This document shows positions 24,095 through 33,778 of a stretch of 64,000 nucleotides of DNA, in pieces. The position numbers and the translations under genes are program-made. The notes under the pieces were generated by a model. That model was not told where the DNA came from. It ran no database searches and saw nothing but the letters and a program-made list of their open reading frames with translations. Location of the stretch: NCBI GenBank assembly GCA_964019335.1, contig OZ025698.1:62001-126000 (forward strand), written 5' to 3'. Within the stretch, counting starts at the first letter, position 1; each line of letters opens with the position of its first letter. Source of the stretch: Diplonema japonicum (Eukaryota > Protista > Euglenozoa: Diplonemea).

Positions 24095-24154
24095 TAGGTG
24101 GGGGGTCTGCGACACATTAAAAACAAATTTAAAAAAAAAAAAAAAATTACAAAA

Positions 24155-25471
24155 ATGGACCAGACCAACGCGGACGCCTCCACGAGGCCCCCACTGGACA
24201 GCTTGCAGATGCAAGTCGACGAAGCAGCCGCGGAGGAGGTTCCAGAGATAAATCTGGACCTCGAGAAGAAGGAGGAGAAGGAAGAAGGGAAGGGGCGTCC
24301 AGGGAACTGGGTCATGGGCCCCTTGCCGAAGAAGGTCGACGGGGAGGGAGCGGCAGAGATTCTCGCCGCAACGATAGCAGGAGAGACGGAAAAGGCCGTC
24401 ATCCTAAAAACGGCAAATGCCGTCTTTTTACTTTTCTCCGCCGCCACCCCACCAAAACACACCCAAACGAAGGTGAACGGCCAGATAGCGACGCTACTAC
24501 CTGCCGTCAAGGTGGTGGACCCCCTCGAGGCAAGAGAGGAAAAAAAGTGGAAAGGGAAGGGCGGAAAGAAAACAAAAAAAAGCCGCCTCAACAGGTACTC
24601 GGTAGATGGATTCTTAGCCCACTACGGGGAAAAGACGGGGTGGAGCCTCTACAAGGAGGCTGTCGAGGACTGGAAACAGAGAAGGGCTCCACCTCCTCCT
24701 TCCGCCCTAAAGTCGAGAGATCCTCAACAACAGCAGAGCCCAGAACACTTAAAGGTTCTGGAAGAGCTACGGGGACAGCAGCAGGTGCTGCAACAACAAC
24801 TGCAGATGCAACAGCAACAGCTGCAGCTCCAACACCAGCACCAACAGCAACAACCTCCGGACCAAGACAAAATCCTGGAAATACTGAAGGGGCAGCAGCT
24901 ACAACACCAGCAGCAGCAGCAACAACACCAGGAGCAGGTGCAACAATTCCAGCAGCAGCTACAAAAACAACAACAACAACACCAGGAGCAGGTGCAGCAA
25001 TTCCAACAACAGCTGCAGAATCAGCAGCAGCAGCTACAAAAACAGCAGCAGCAACATCAGGAACAGCTACAGCAACAGCAAGTAGCACACCAGGAGACGG
25101 TGAAGGGTCTCCTGGAGCTGGTAAAACAAAGCCAGCAGCAGCTGAAAAAGGACACCTCGGTAATCCAAAAGACGCTGCACCAGTTATCACTGGGAAAAAA
25201 AAAAAAAAAAACCGCCACAGACCCCGACCAGCCCACGGTAGCCCTGCAGGACCACCCCCTCTCTCTTACGGAGTCGGAGACCGAGCAGGAGGAAACCCCA
25301 TTAGGGGCGAGAAGGAGGAGGGTGCCCGAGATGCTAAAGCATCAATCGTCGAGGGAGACCCCCTACAAAACGCCGGAGGGCAGGGGTTCGGCAGGTACTG
25401 CCGAAAAGACAATCATGTCTACGAACGGGAGGAAGAAAGGCGGGAAAGGTTCCAAAGGTGTAAAGAAATAG
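24155..25471 (+). CDS. Retroelement ORF1-like poly-Gln coiled-coil protein (related to family D ORF1), followed by an A-rich tract
   Basis: Shares WVMG, KV.DP.E, L.RY...FL.HYG...GWS.Y motifs with 14267-15871; ATG at 24155. Confidence 0.7.
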   Translation: MDQTNADASTRPPLDSLQMQVDEAAAEEVPEINLDLEKKEEKEEGKGRPGNWVMGPLPKKVDGEGAAEILAATIAGETEKAVILKTANAVFLLFSAATPPKHTQTKVNGQIATLLPAVKVVDPLEAREEKKWKGKGGKKTKKSRLNRYSVDGFLAHYGEKTGWSLYKEAVEDWKQRRAPPPPSALKSRDPQQQQSPEHLKVLEELRGQQQVLQQQLQMQQQQLQLQHQHQQQQPPDQDKILEILKGQQLQHQQQQQQHQEQVQQFQQQLQKQQQQHQEQVQQFQQQLQNQQQQLQKQQQQHQEQLQQQQVAHQETVKGLLELVKQSQQQLKKDTSVIQKTLHQLSLGKKKKKTATDPDQPTVALQDHPLSLTESETEQEETPLGARRRRVPEMLKHQSSRETPYKTPEGRGSAGTAEKTIMSTNGRKKGGKGSKGVKK

Positions 25472-25800
25472 TGTTAGTAAAAAACAAAAAAAAAAGAAAG
25501 TGTTTTCCCTTCCCTTTACAAATTCACAAAGCCCCACCCCCCCATTACGTCATACCCCATAAAAAAAAAATAAAAAAAATAAAAAAAAAAATAAAAAAAC
25601 AACATAAAAAAAAAAAAAATTAAAAAAAAAAACAAACAAAAAAAAAAAAAAAAAAACATAAAGAACATAAACGAGCTAAAAAAAAAAAAAAAAACAACAA
25701 CAAAAAAAAAAAAGAAAAACCAAAAGAAAAAAAGTTGTCAAAAGAAAAAAGGAGGACAACAACAGCAACAAAAACAACAACAACAACAACAACAACAACA

Positions 25801-28800
25801 AGAGGTCTGCAGAACAACACAAGCACTTTGCACAAGAGAAGTATGTACGACTTGGCTACTTCCCGCGGTCGAATCCTGGCCGGCCCCAACCGAGGGTGTC
25901 CACGGGGGACAAGGCGTTAGTGGTGGCGACGAGAGGTCTGTTAGGGCCGGCCCCCCCCAAGTCGTACAACCCTATCTTCGAAGACCTGAAGGTAGGGGTG
26001 ACCACATAGGCAGTGCGTTGTTCTTGCAGTACCGACCTTCGACGGCCGCTTCAATGAGGAAGAGAAGATCCGGACCACATGGGATGGATATCTTGAGATG
26101 CGGCGACGTCGAACAAAACCCGGGGCCAGCCGTTGGTGGGGTGAGGAACGGGTGGCTCAAGATAGTCTCACTCAACGTAAGGTCCCTCAGAGCTAGGAAG
26201 GCCGAAATAGAGAGGGCTATCGATGAAATGGCGCCGGACATCCTGTGTCTCCAAGAGACACACCTTACATCAGACGATGACATGCATGGATGGTTCGACG
26301 GGTACAAAGCCTTTCGGAGGGACAGGACGAGGCCGAGAAGAAGAGGATTCCCCATTAAGGGCGGCGGCTTGTTGACACTCGTGAAGGAAGGCATCAGCGC
26401 CAGCAGGGTTTCAGCGAAGGAGAGCAGGGACGTGACAGAGAGGCTGGACGTGAAGATCTACCCACCGGGACAGAAAGAGATTCTCCTAGTGAACATTTAC
26501 CTCCCACCGACATCACCGTCAGATCCCAGCGATGACAGACCTGCCATCGACTCATACTTCAACCCGTACTCACTTCCTACTGGAGACAATACCCTGATCA
26601 TGGGGGACTTCAACGCCCATCACCCACTGTGGGATGGAAGGAAGAAAAAAGAAGACCCTATAGGAAGCAAAATCGCAGCGTGGATGGTCGATAAAGGGAT
26701 GAGACCCTGGAACGACAGATATAAGCCCACACTCCTTAACACAAGAGGGACACTATCCTCGCCAGACTTGGTTATAAGCGGACCTGACATGGAATCTACA
26801 TCCTGGACAACCCTAGAGTCATGGGGTTCCGACCACATTCCCATGTCCACAGAAAGGAGATTCTGCTTCAAAAAAGCGGATTGGGCTGGCTTCAGGGATT
26901 ATCTTGAGCACGCCCTAAGGCACCTGCAGAGAACAGGTGACCCCGTGAAATTGAACAAACAGTTCACGAACGCGATCAAAGAAGCCGCCAGGCTCTTCAT
27001 ACCGAGAGGTGGAGCAAGAGGTGGGAAAGCGTGGTGGACAGAAGAACTAACGCAGTTAGTTGCTCAGCGGAACGCTCTGAAAAAGGAGATAATGTCAGAC
27101 ATTGGCATCCCCTCGACTGAACAGTGCGAAAGACTCGGAGAAATCAGCCGACAAGTGCAGGAACAAATCGTCGTAGGAAAGAAAAGAGCGTGGGCTGAGT
27201 ACACGAAGGAATTGTCACAGAAGAAAGACCTGGGGCATGCTTTCAGGACGATAAAGACGCTCGATGGTAGGAAGGGCAAAGAACCTGTGGCGCCGCTGAT
27301 GGCTGGTGAAAGATTACACACCACAGCGACAGAGAAGGCAGACGCACTGGTGGACCACTACGCGGAGGCATTTGCACCGCAACTGAACAAGGACACCAAG
27401 AGAATGCTGGAAAGAGTAGAACGACTAACCAAGGAAAACGGTGGTCGGAATAACAGGACCGAGTGCCCCGATATAAGCATCGACGAATTGAAGTACGCAC
27501 TGAGGCAACTTAAAAAGGGGAAGTCCCCAGGCCCTGACGGTGTGTACAACGAGATGTTAAAGCACCTCGGGGAAACGGCCCTGGACGCGATGCTGCATCT
27601 CTTCAATATGTCGTGGGAGAAGGGTGTAGTTCCGTCGGATTGGAAATACACACACATCGTCCCGCTCTTCAAAGGCAAAGGAAAGCTGAAGAGCGAACCG
27701 GCATCGTACAGGCCGATCTCATTAACCTCGGGAATTTCAAAGACAATGGAGAGGATAGTGAAGATCAGGATCGACTACCACCAAGACGTGGGCAATGTAA
27801 AGAAGGTTCACAAAATGCAGTCAGGTTTCAGGAAGGGGCGTTCCACTGAAGAGAACGTCTTGCAGGTTACAACGAAACTAGATCGCATCAGAGGAGACGA
27901 GTTCTGCGGGGGTCTCCTGCTCTTTGACCTGAAAGGGGCTTTTGATACAGTCTGGCATAAAGGCCTGAACGCAAAGCTGAGATACAGCAAGTACCCGCAG
28001 AGGATAACGAACTGGGTCGCTGCCTTCCTGGACCAAAGGGTTGCAGCCGTCAAGGTGGACGGCAAGATAGGGAAACAAAGGCAGATAAAAGGAGGGGTTC
28101 CACAGGGGACGATCCTGGCTCCGACCCTCTTCTCATTATATATGGACGACCTGTCAGCGATTTTCGCAAAGGAGGGAATTGACGCTGTGATGTACGCAGA
28201 CGACATCGCGGTGGTGGTTCATGAGAAAGATGTTGAGAAACTGAACGAGAAGCTGTCGAGGGTCCTGAGGATCGTGGAGACTTGGTGTTCCTGGAACTCG
28301 ATGGTGATATCAAAAGACAAGACAGAGTTCTTGCCAGTAGCGGGCATCTCATATCCCCAAAGGACCCTAAAAGGGAAGATATCGGCAACCTTTGCGGGGG
28401 GGGAAGAGCTCAGGGTAGTTGAAAAAACAAAGCTGCTCGGAGTCACGTTTGAGGAAGACATGTTTTTCGCCGCACATACGGCAGACGTCTTGAGAAGGGC
28501 GGAAAGCAGAGTCAGGCTACTGAGAAGACTGGCAGGGACGAAGTGGGGTTGCAAGAAAGTGGTAATGAGGGCACTCTACCTCACGTACGTACAGCCAGTT
28601 TTCCGTTACTGTCTGGGGGCGTACGGACCTTTCGTGATAGGCGGGAGGGGCACGTACCACGAAGGAATCCAGAAGCTGCAGTACCGGGCAGCTTTAACGA
28701 TCACAGGATGTGTAGCGACATCAGAGACATTCGCTACACTAAACGAGGCTGGCTTGTGGACACTCGATGCGCTGATCGAACACGACAGTTTACTGCTGTA

Positions 28801-30280
28801 CGAGTCCATCATTAGGAAGGAGAACACAGCTGCCTTTCAAGCTACACAACCCCTGAAGGATCTGACCAGATACGAGGTACTGTTCCCGAAGAAAACATGG
28901 TCAGATCGACAAAGGGAAGCAGCCAGGGCCTACAAGCTCCCAGAGAGAGCGGCAACACCATTCTCAGGTTATGCCTTTGAGAAGAAGTACAGAGTTACAC
29001 CTTGGCAGAGATTCGAGGGTAAACTGATACTGGCCCCCTTCCTCGACATACATGTGAAGAGATCGGACACCAGTGAAGTCAGAAGGAAAGCAACAGAGGA
29101 CACTCTGAACGGGCTTATCGAGAAGCACGGAAAAGCCTTCTGCATGATCTTCACAGACGGGTCATTGAAGGACGGCAGGAACGGAGGAGCTGCTGCGATA
29201 CTGTTGCGAGGGGAGAGAAAAGCTTCGTATGGGGTCAGCGGTGGATCCTATACGTCATCCTACAGGTGCGAGCAAAGGGCCATAGAGCTGGGGCTGCACC
29301 TCGCGACAAACCTCTCGAAGAGAGTGGGCACGAGCCAAGAGATGGTCCTTATTTGCACTGATTCGCAGTCGGTAATAAGGAGGATGTGCCAGGGGCACCT
29401 GTCCGCTGTCTCTGCAGACGAGTACAAACTGTGGCACGAGGTAGCGGGACTTGTAAAGAGAGGCCACAAAGTGGTCATACAGTACGTACCAAGTCACTGC
29501 GGATTCAAATGGAACGAGATGGCGGACAAGAAGGCGAAGGAGACCTGCCGGGCAGTTGCCCACGAACAGAAGACCAGCATAGACATCGTGAAGTCACTGG
29601 TGAGAAAAAAGGTACTGGCGAACCACCTCCTCTTCTGGAAAAAAACGGGTGTCAAGGAGACATACCGAGAGCTTTTCGCAGGGAATTTCGAGAAGTTTGA
29701 AGAGTTAAACAGGGAACAAGAAGTTGCGATCATGAGGCTGAGAGTGGGGAAGAGCCCCCTCATAAGCGGGTATCTACTCAATCCCCCGGCCGATGTGGTC
29801 ACATGCCACCTTTGTTCGATGCCTCAGACGCTGAGCCACCTCCTGAAAGAATGCCAGGACGATGGTAGAGCTGACCAGAGAAGTCAGATCTTCGGTTCCT
29901 CCCTTCCTTCGCTCAAGGCCCTACTGTCAACTGACGCCGGGAAAACCGTACAATTCCTGGAACAGCAGGGCCTGTTGTGACCGACCGTGAGATATAATCC
30001 CCTTTATAAATTATATTATAAACTAAACTTTACTTAAATACTTTTCTCTCAAATTATCCTGAGTTTGAAGCTGTACTGTTGTTATACGACTTCAGACAGC
30101 AATTGTTTCTAACTCAATCTCTCGACTCTGGCTTCACTCCTATCCTTTCTTTTCACCTCCTCCCCAGTGTCTTCCCTTATTTTCCATTACCAGGCCCCTG
30201 ACCCCCGCCCCCAGTGTTATTCAAAATTTTCACTCACCTTTCATATAGAAAGAAAAAAGAAAAAAAAAAAGAAAAAAAGA
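25801..30280 (+). mobile_element. Ingi/L1Tc-like non-LTR element 'family C', single intact ORF with N-terminal 2A motif
   Basis: Structured leader, ORF ending at 29980, pyrimidine-rich 3' UTR, A-tail near 30248-30280. Confidence 0.85.
26054..29980 (+). CDS. Family C polyprotein: 2A (GDVEQNPGP) - APE - RT - RNase H - CCHC
   Basis: Canonical D(V/I)ExNPGP at 26105-26128; CLQETH, MGDFNAHH, SDH, YRPISL, FDLKGAFD, GVPQG, YADD, FTDGS, YVPSHCG, CHLC...HLLKEC. First in-frame ATG is at 26054. Confidence 0.92.
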   Translation: MRKRRSGPHGMDILRCGDVEQNPGPAVGGVRNGWLKIVSLNVRSLRARKAEIERAIDEMAPDILCLQETHLTSDDDMHGWFDGYKAFRRDRTRPRRRGFPIKGGGLLTLVKEGISASRVSAKESRDVTERLDVKIYPPGQKEILLVNIYLPPTSPSDPSDDRPAIDSYFNPYSLPTGDNTLIMGDFNAHHPLWDGRKKKEDPIGSKIAAWMVDKGMRPWNDRYKPTLLNTRGTLSSPDLVISGPDMESTSWTTLESWGSDHIPMSTERRFCFKKADWAGFRDYLEHALRHLQRTGDPVKLNKQFTNAIKEAARLFIPRGGARGGKAWWTEELTQLVAQRNALKKEIMSDIGIPSTEQCERLGEISRQVQEQIVVGKKRAWAEYTKELSQKKDLGHAFRTIKTLDGRKGKEPVAPLMAGERLHTTATEKADALVDHYAEAFAPQLNKDTKRMLERVERLTKENGGRNNRTECPDISIDELKYALRQLKKGKSPGPDGVYNEMLKHLGETALDAMLHLFNMSWEKGVVPSDWKYTHIVPLFKGKGKLKSEPASYRPISLTSGISKTMERIVKIRIDYHQDVGNVKKVHKMQSGFRKGRSTEENVLQVTTKLDRIRGDEFCGGLLLFDLKGAFDTVWHKGLNAKLRYSKYPQRITNWVAAFLDQRVAAVKVDGKIGKQRQIKGGVPQGTILAPTLFSLYMDDLSAIFAKEGIDAVMYADDIAVVVHEKDVEKLNEKLSRVLRIVETWCSWNSMVISKDKTEFLPVAGISYPQRTLKGKISATFAGGEELRVVEKTKLLGVTFEEDMFFAAHTADVLRRAESRVRLLRRLAGTKWGCKKVVMRALYLTYVQPVFRYCLGAYGPFVIGGRGTYHEGIQKLQYRAALTITGCVATSETFATLNEAGLWTLDALIEHDSLLLYESIIRKENTAAFQATQPLKDLTRYEVLFPKKTWSDRQREAARAYKLPERAATPFSGYAFEKKYRVTPWQRFEGKLILAPFLDIHVKRSDTSEVRRKATEDTLNGLIEKHGKAFCMIFTDGSLKDGRNGGAAAILLRGERKASYGVSGGSYTSSYRCEQRAIELGLHLATNLSKRVGTSQEMVLICTDSQSVIRRMCQGHLSAVSADEYKLWHEVAGLVKRGHKVVIQYVPSHCGFKWNEMADKKAKETCRAVAHEQKTSIDIVKSLVRKKVLANHLLFWKKTGVKETYRELFAGNFEKFEELNREQEVAIMRLRVGKSPLISGYLLNPPADVVTCHLCSMPQTLSHLLKECQDDGRADQRSQIFGSSLPSLKALLSTDAGKTVQFLEQQGLL

Positions 30281-30847
30281 AGGACAGATGATTCAAGCTT
30301 CGGTGTACACGATCGAGCTTGATTTGAATTCCTTTATTTTTGAGAAAAAAAAAAAAAAAAGAAAAAAAAAAAAAAAAAGAAGAATATATATAAAAAAAAA
30401 AAAAAAGAACTGTAGAACGAAACTTAATTGAATTGAATTTATTGGCTCCCGAAAGCCCAACAAGTCCAGCAGACGGTGGAGTTTCACAGTCAGCTGGTTA
30501 GTTTTTCACAATTGAAACTCCTCCAAAGTTCTTAAAGTCTGGGAGGTCGTCTCTTGTTACTAGAGGCGGCTAATGCCTCGAGACCCAGGTGCTGCCTGGT
30601 GGGTGGGATCGGTTTTATTTTATTATGAAAAGAGCGTGGTGAGGGGGTCCAAGTAATTTACAACAGGGAGCAGCGGACCAGGACCCCTCGACCAATGGCT
30701 CAGTAACAGAGACTGCTTTTCACGAATCACTTTCAAACACCTCTCTTGGTTTGAAGTGATGTCCCTTTCCCTTTCCCTTTCCCTTGAATGGTTTTCTCTA
30801 CTCCCCTTCGATCCTCCCGCCTGGTAGTGGAATATTTATTATTATTT
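30171..30847 (+). repeat. About 670-bp direct repeat, copy 1 (A-tailed modules and hairpins, ends in (TTA)n)
   Basis: Near-identical to 38508-39174. Confidence 0.95.
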
Positions 30848-30949
30848 AAAAAAAACAGAAAGAAAAGAAAGGAAAGAACAGAAAGAAAAGAAAAGAAAAG
30901 AAAAGAAAAGAAAAGAAAAGAAAAGAAAAGAAAAGAAAAGAAAAGAAAA

Positions 30950-33778
30950 ATGGGCAAGAAGAAAGACAAGCACAAGGAGAAGGCAAAGCCGGAAGGGAAC
31001 GGGGCCAGCACGCAGCTGGCCCAGTCCAAGGCCAGGGAGGAGCGGCGGGTGGAGAGGATGCTCCGCAGCGCTGGAGCAGCCGGGGAGCTGGGGCAGCTCC
31101 TGACGCCGGAGCACCGGGAGAAGATGACGGGGGTGGTCACCGTAATTGACCTCCTCACGCCCGACGCCGCCGCCGCTACAGCCGGCCCAGCGACACCTGT
31201 CGCCTCCACCCCGACCGGCTCCGTCAAAAGGCCGGTTTCGCCTGACGCCAGCGTCGCCACCCCGACCTCCAGCAAAAAAGCTAGGAGGAAGGCCGCCAGA
31301 GCCGCGCGCGCTGACGCTGCCGACGAAGCCGCACACATAGCTGACGCCACACACCCCCTCGAAGCCGCACGCACTGCGGCCGACGTCGAACTCGCGGGAA
31401 TCGCTGCTGATTTGGAAGCTGCACGCGAGTCGGCCGACGTGGTAGCTGCAGAAATAGCTGCTAAGATGAAGGCTGCGCAGGAGGTGGCTGATGCTGCTGT
31501 TGTCAAAATGGCAGCCGAGACGGAAGCTGCTCGCGTGGCTGGTGTGGAGGCTGCTCGCAGAGCAGTCGAGGCTGAGGAGAAGGCTCTGCGCGAGCGGTCT
31601 ACTGCACGACTTGCGGCAGAGGAGAAGGAGGCTGCGCGTGCTGCGGCCGAGATGAAAGCAGCCGAGGAGAAGAAGGCTACAGCCGCAGCCGCTGCAGCCG
31701 AGAAGAAGAAAGCCGCAGCCGCCGCCGCCGCCGAGAAGAAAGCAGCAGCCGCCGCCGCCGCCGAGGAGAAGGCCGCCGCCGAGAAGAAAGCCGCTGCCGC
31801 CGCCGCCGCCGAGAGGAAGGCCGCAGCCGACGCCGCCAGGAAGAAAGCTGCAGCCGCAGCCGCCGCCGCCGAGGAGAAGAAGAAGGTCGCAGCCACCGCC
31901 GCCGCCGAAAAGGAAGCCGCCGCAGCCGCTGCCAAAAAGGAGGAAGCTTTGAGGTTGGCGGCCGCCAAGAAGGCAGATGCCCAGAAGGTCGAGGACGAAG
32001 CAGTCGCGAACGCTTCCGCCAACGCGTCAACAGACCAAGGCACGCTCCTCCTCAGCTCAGACTCTGACACCAGCTCTGGCCCTGAGGAGATGGAGGACGA
32101 CCCTGCCCCTGCCCCTTCCACAACCCCGCGATGGGACCTGGTGCCAGACACATGGGACGCCCCGATCTACACCAACGTGTCCCCCCCGACGGAAACATCC
32201 CGCGCTGTCATTGCGCTCGACGATCCCTCCGAAATGGGGGTCGTGTGCTCCGCGTTACCTACGGCATCCATCACCTTTGTCCTTATGACAGAGGTCCCCG
32301 GTGTCACCACCCCCAGCGAGATTGTCATGGTCTCTGGGTCGCGCGCAGTGAACAGGAGGGTCCACGTCTCCACGTTCGGGCTGGACCCCCCCACCTACAC
32401 CCCGCCTTCCACCTTCAACAGCGGATCGGAGGTCGTCTACGTCTGTGTCAGTGCAGACAGCCTGAAGGAGGCGAAGGCCAGGGTCCTGGAGCTCGCCAAG
32501 GCTCAGGGCGCGGTGGTGGAGGATCGTGCGGTCTTCCGCCCAAGGAAGTTCGGTGAGGAGGAACCGCGGGCGAGGCACTGGACCCACGAGGTGGGACTGC
32601 GCCTGCAAGCAGCACACGTCCACGCCGTCCTGCGCCGGTCCGGGGACGGCTGCTTAATGCGGACGACGGAGAGACGCGGGGGGTACGCTTATGTACCCAT
32701 CGTGGCGGAAGGGAGGGCGGATGCCTATCGGATTGCGGGGACGCTGGGTGGGTTGTCTCTCGGGGTGGCGCACCGTAAGGGATGGACTGTGCGGTGCCTA
32801 CCGGAGACGGAACAGCGGCTCCGGAAGGCCCTCGCAAAACAGCGCACGAAGCGCAAGTTTTTGCTTACCGGGGCCCCGCCGTCCATCACCAGGGCGGCCT
32901 TCGACGAGATGATGGACCACATCGGCTGGAAACCATCCTCCGTCCTGCGACGCACGCAGACGATGTTCCAGGGCACGAGGCAACTCGTGTTCTTCATCGT
33001 CGTCGACAGCCCGCCCCCGAAGTCCAGGACGTGGCTCCTTGGGGGGCGCCTTGTCTGCCTCCGTGATGCGGACGACCACCCGACCGTCAAGCCGCCCCCT
33101 CTCATCAACAGGACGACACCTGCATCTGCACCTGCGCTTGCAACGTCCTCGACCCCGGCACCCACATCTTCTCATGTACCTGCACCTGCGCCTACTACAC
33201 CTGTACCTGACCCGGCACCTGTATCGGCGTCGACACCCTCGGAGACTGGCCCTGCGGTGAAAGCAACTGGGCTTCCTCCCACCAGCCCGTGGGCGTCCAT
33301 ACCGAGCTCGGTGGCTCCCCCCCAGCTCGACACTGTGACGTCCCCTACACCGCCCCGCAACGTGTCTGCGGGAAACAAGGAGGGAGTCCCTTCCGGGTCG
33401 CCTGAGGTCGCCGCTCTCACTGAGCTCGTCGCCACGCTGAAGGAGTCGATCGTCGGGCTGCAGAGGACGATCGACTCTCAGCAGGAGATGATCTCCGATC
33501 TGCGGACGACGCTCCGCCTCCTCCTGCCGCAGGCGGCCACGCTGACGACGGGAACGGCAGTGCCGCGGGACCCTACACCGGGGGCGACGACGACACACGA
33601 CAGTGTCTGGAAAGGGAAGGGGAAGGGGAAGAAGGGGGCTCCTCCTCTCGCTACGACCTCTGAGGCTGCGGTGACGAACCTGGGTACGAGGGGGCGGGCC
33701 AGGTCGTTCGCGGAGACCAAAGATCTCTTCACCAATGGGGTCAAGGGGCGCTCTGCCTCCATGGGTCCATCCAATTGA
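30950..33778 (+). CDS. A1 ORF1 (Ala/Lys/Glu-rich coiled coil, conserved central domain, Pro/Thr/Ser-rich tail); ends in a UGA in frame with ORF2
   Basis: ATG at 30950 after (AAAAG)n; central domain conserved with family B ORF1. Confidence 0.85.
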   Translation: MGKKKDKHKEKAKPEGNGASTQLAQSKAREERRVERMLRSAGAAGELGQLLTPEHREKMTGVVTVIDLLTPDAAAATAGPATPVASTPTGSVKRPVSPDASVATPTSSKKARRKAARAARADAADEAAHIADATHPLEAARTAADVELAGIAADLEAARESADVVAAEIAAKMKAAQEVADAAVVKMAAETEAARVAGVEAARRAVEAEEKALRERSTARLAAEEKEAARAAAEMKAAEEKKATAAAAAAEKKKAAAAAAAEKKAAAAAAAEEKAAAEKKAAAAAAAERKAAADAARKKAAAAAAAAEEKKKVAATAAAEKEAAAAAAKKEEALRLAAAKKADAQKVEDEAVANASANASTDQGTLLLSSDSDTSSGPEEMEDDPAPAPSTTPRWDLVPDTWDAPIYTNVSPPTETSRAVIALDDPSEMGVVCSALPTASITFVLMTEVPGVTTPSEIVMVSGSRAVNRRVHVSTFGLDPPTYTPPSTFNSGSEVVYVCVSADSLKEAKARVLELAKAQGAVVEDRAVFRPRKFGEEEPRARHWTHEVGLRLQAAHVHAVLRRSGDGCLMRTTERRGGYAYVPIVAEGRADAYRIAGTLGGLSLGVAHRKGWTVRCLPETEQRLRKALAKQRTKRKFLLTGAPPSITRAAFDEMMDHIGWKPSSVLRRTQTMFQGTRQLVFFIVVDSPPPKSRTWLLGGRLVCLRDADDHPTVKPPPLINRTTPASAPALATSSTPAPTSSHVPAPAPTTPVPDPAPVSASTPSETGPAVKATGLPPTSPWASIPSSVAPPQLDTVTSPTPPRNVSAGNKEGVPSGSPEVAALTELVATLKESIVGLQRTIDSQQEMISDLRTTLRLLLPQAATLTTGTAVPRDPTPGATTTHDSVWKGKGKGKKGAPPLATTSEAAVTNLGTRGRARSFAETKDLFTNGVKGRSASMGPSN

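Noticed and set aside
30510-30590. HDV-like ribozyme (P4-like hairpin followed by GGCTAAT)
   Set aside because: I could not find matching P1 and P2 strands by eye; a descriptor search is needed.
30788-30949. Lys/Arg-rich N-terminal extensions of ORF1 in the ORF track (also 39109, 46480, 24098)
   Set aside because: They use non-ATG starts and translate A-tails or (AAAAG)n; they differ between copies.
30733-32151. Long antisense ORFs (also 46503-47861, 39547-40866, 14743-15516 and similar)
   Set aside because: Shadows of GC-rich or repetitive sense ORFs; low complexity, no independent motifs.
33776-33778. Genome-wide reassignment of UGA to Trp
   Set aside because: The host Rab and cyclase genes and several ORF2s end in TGA at the expected C-termini, and no long ORF contains other in-frame TGA codons.
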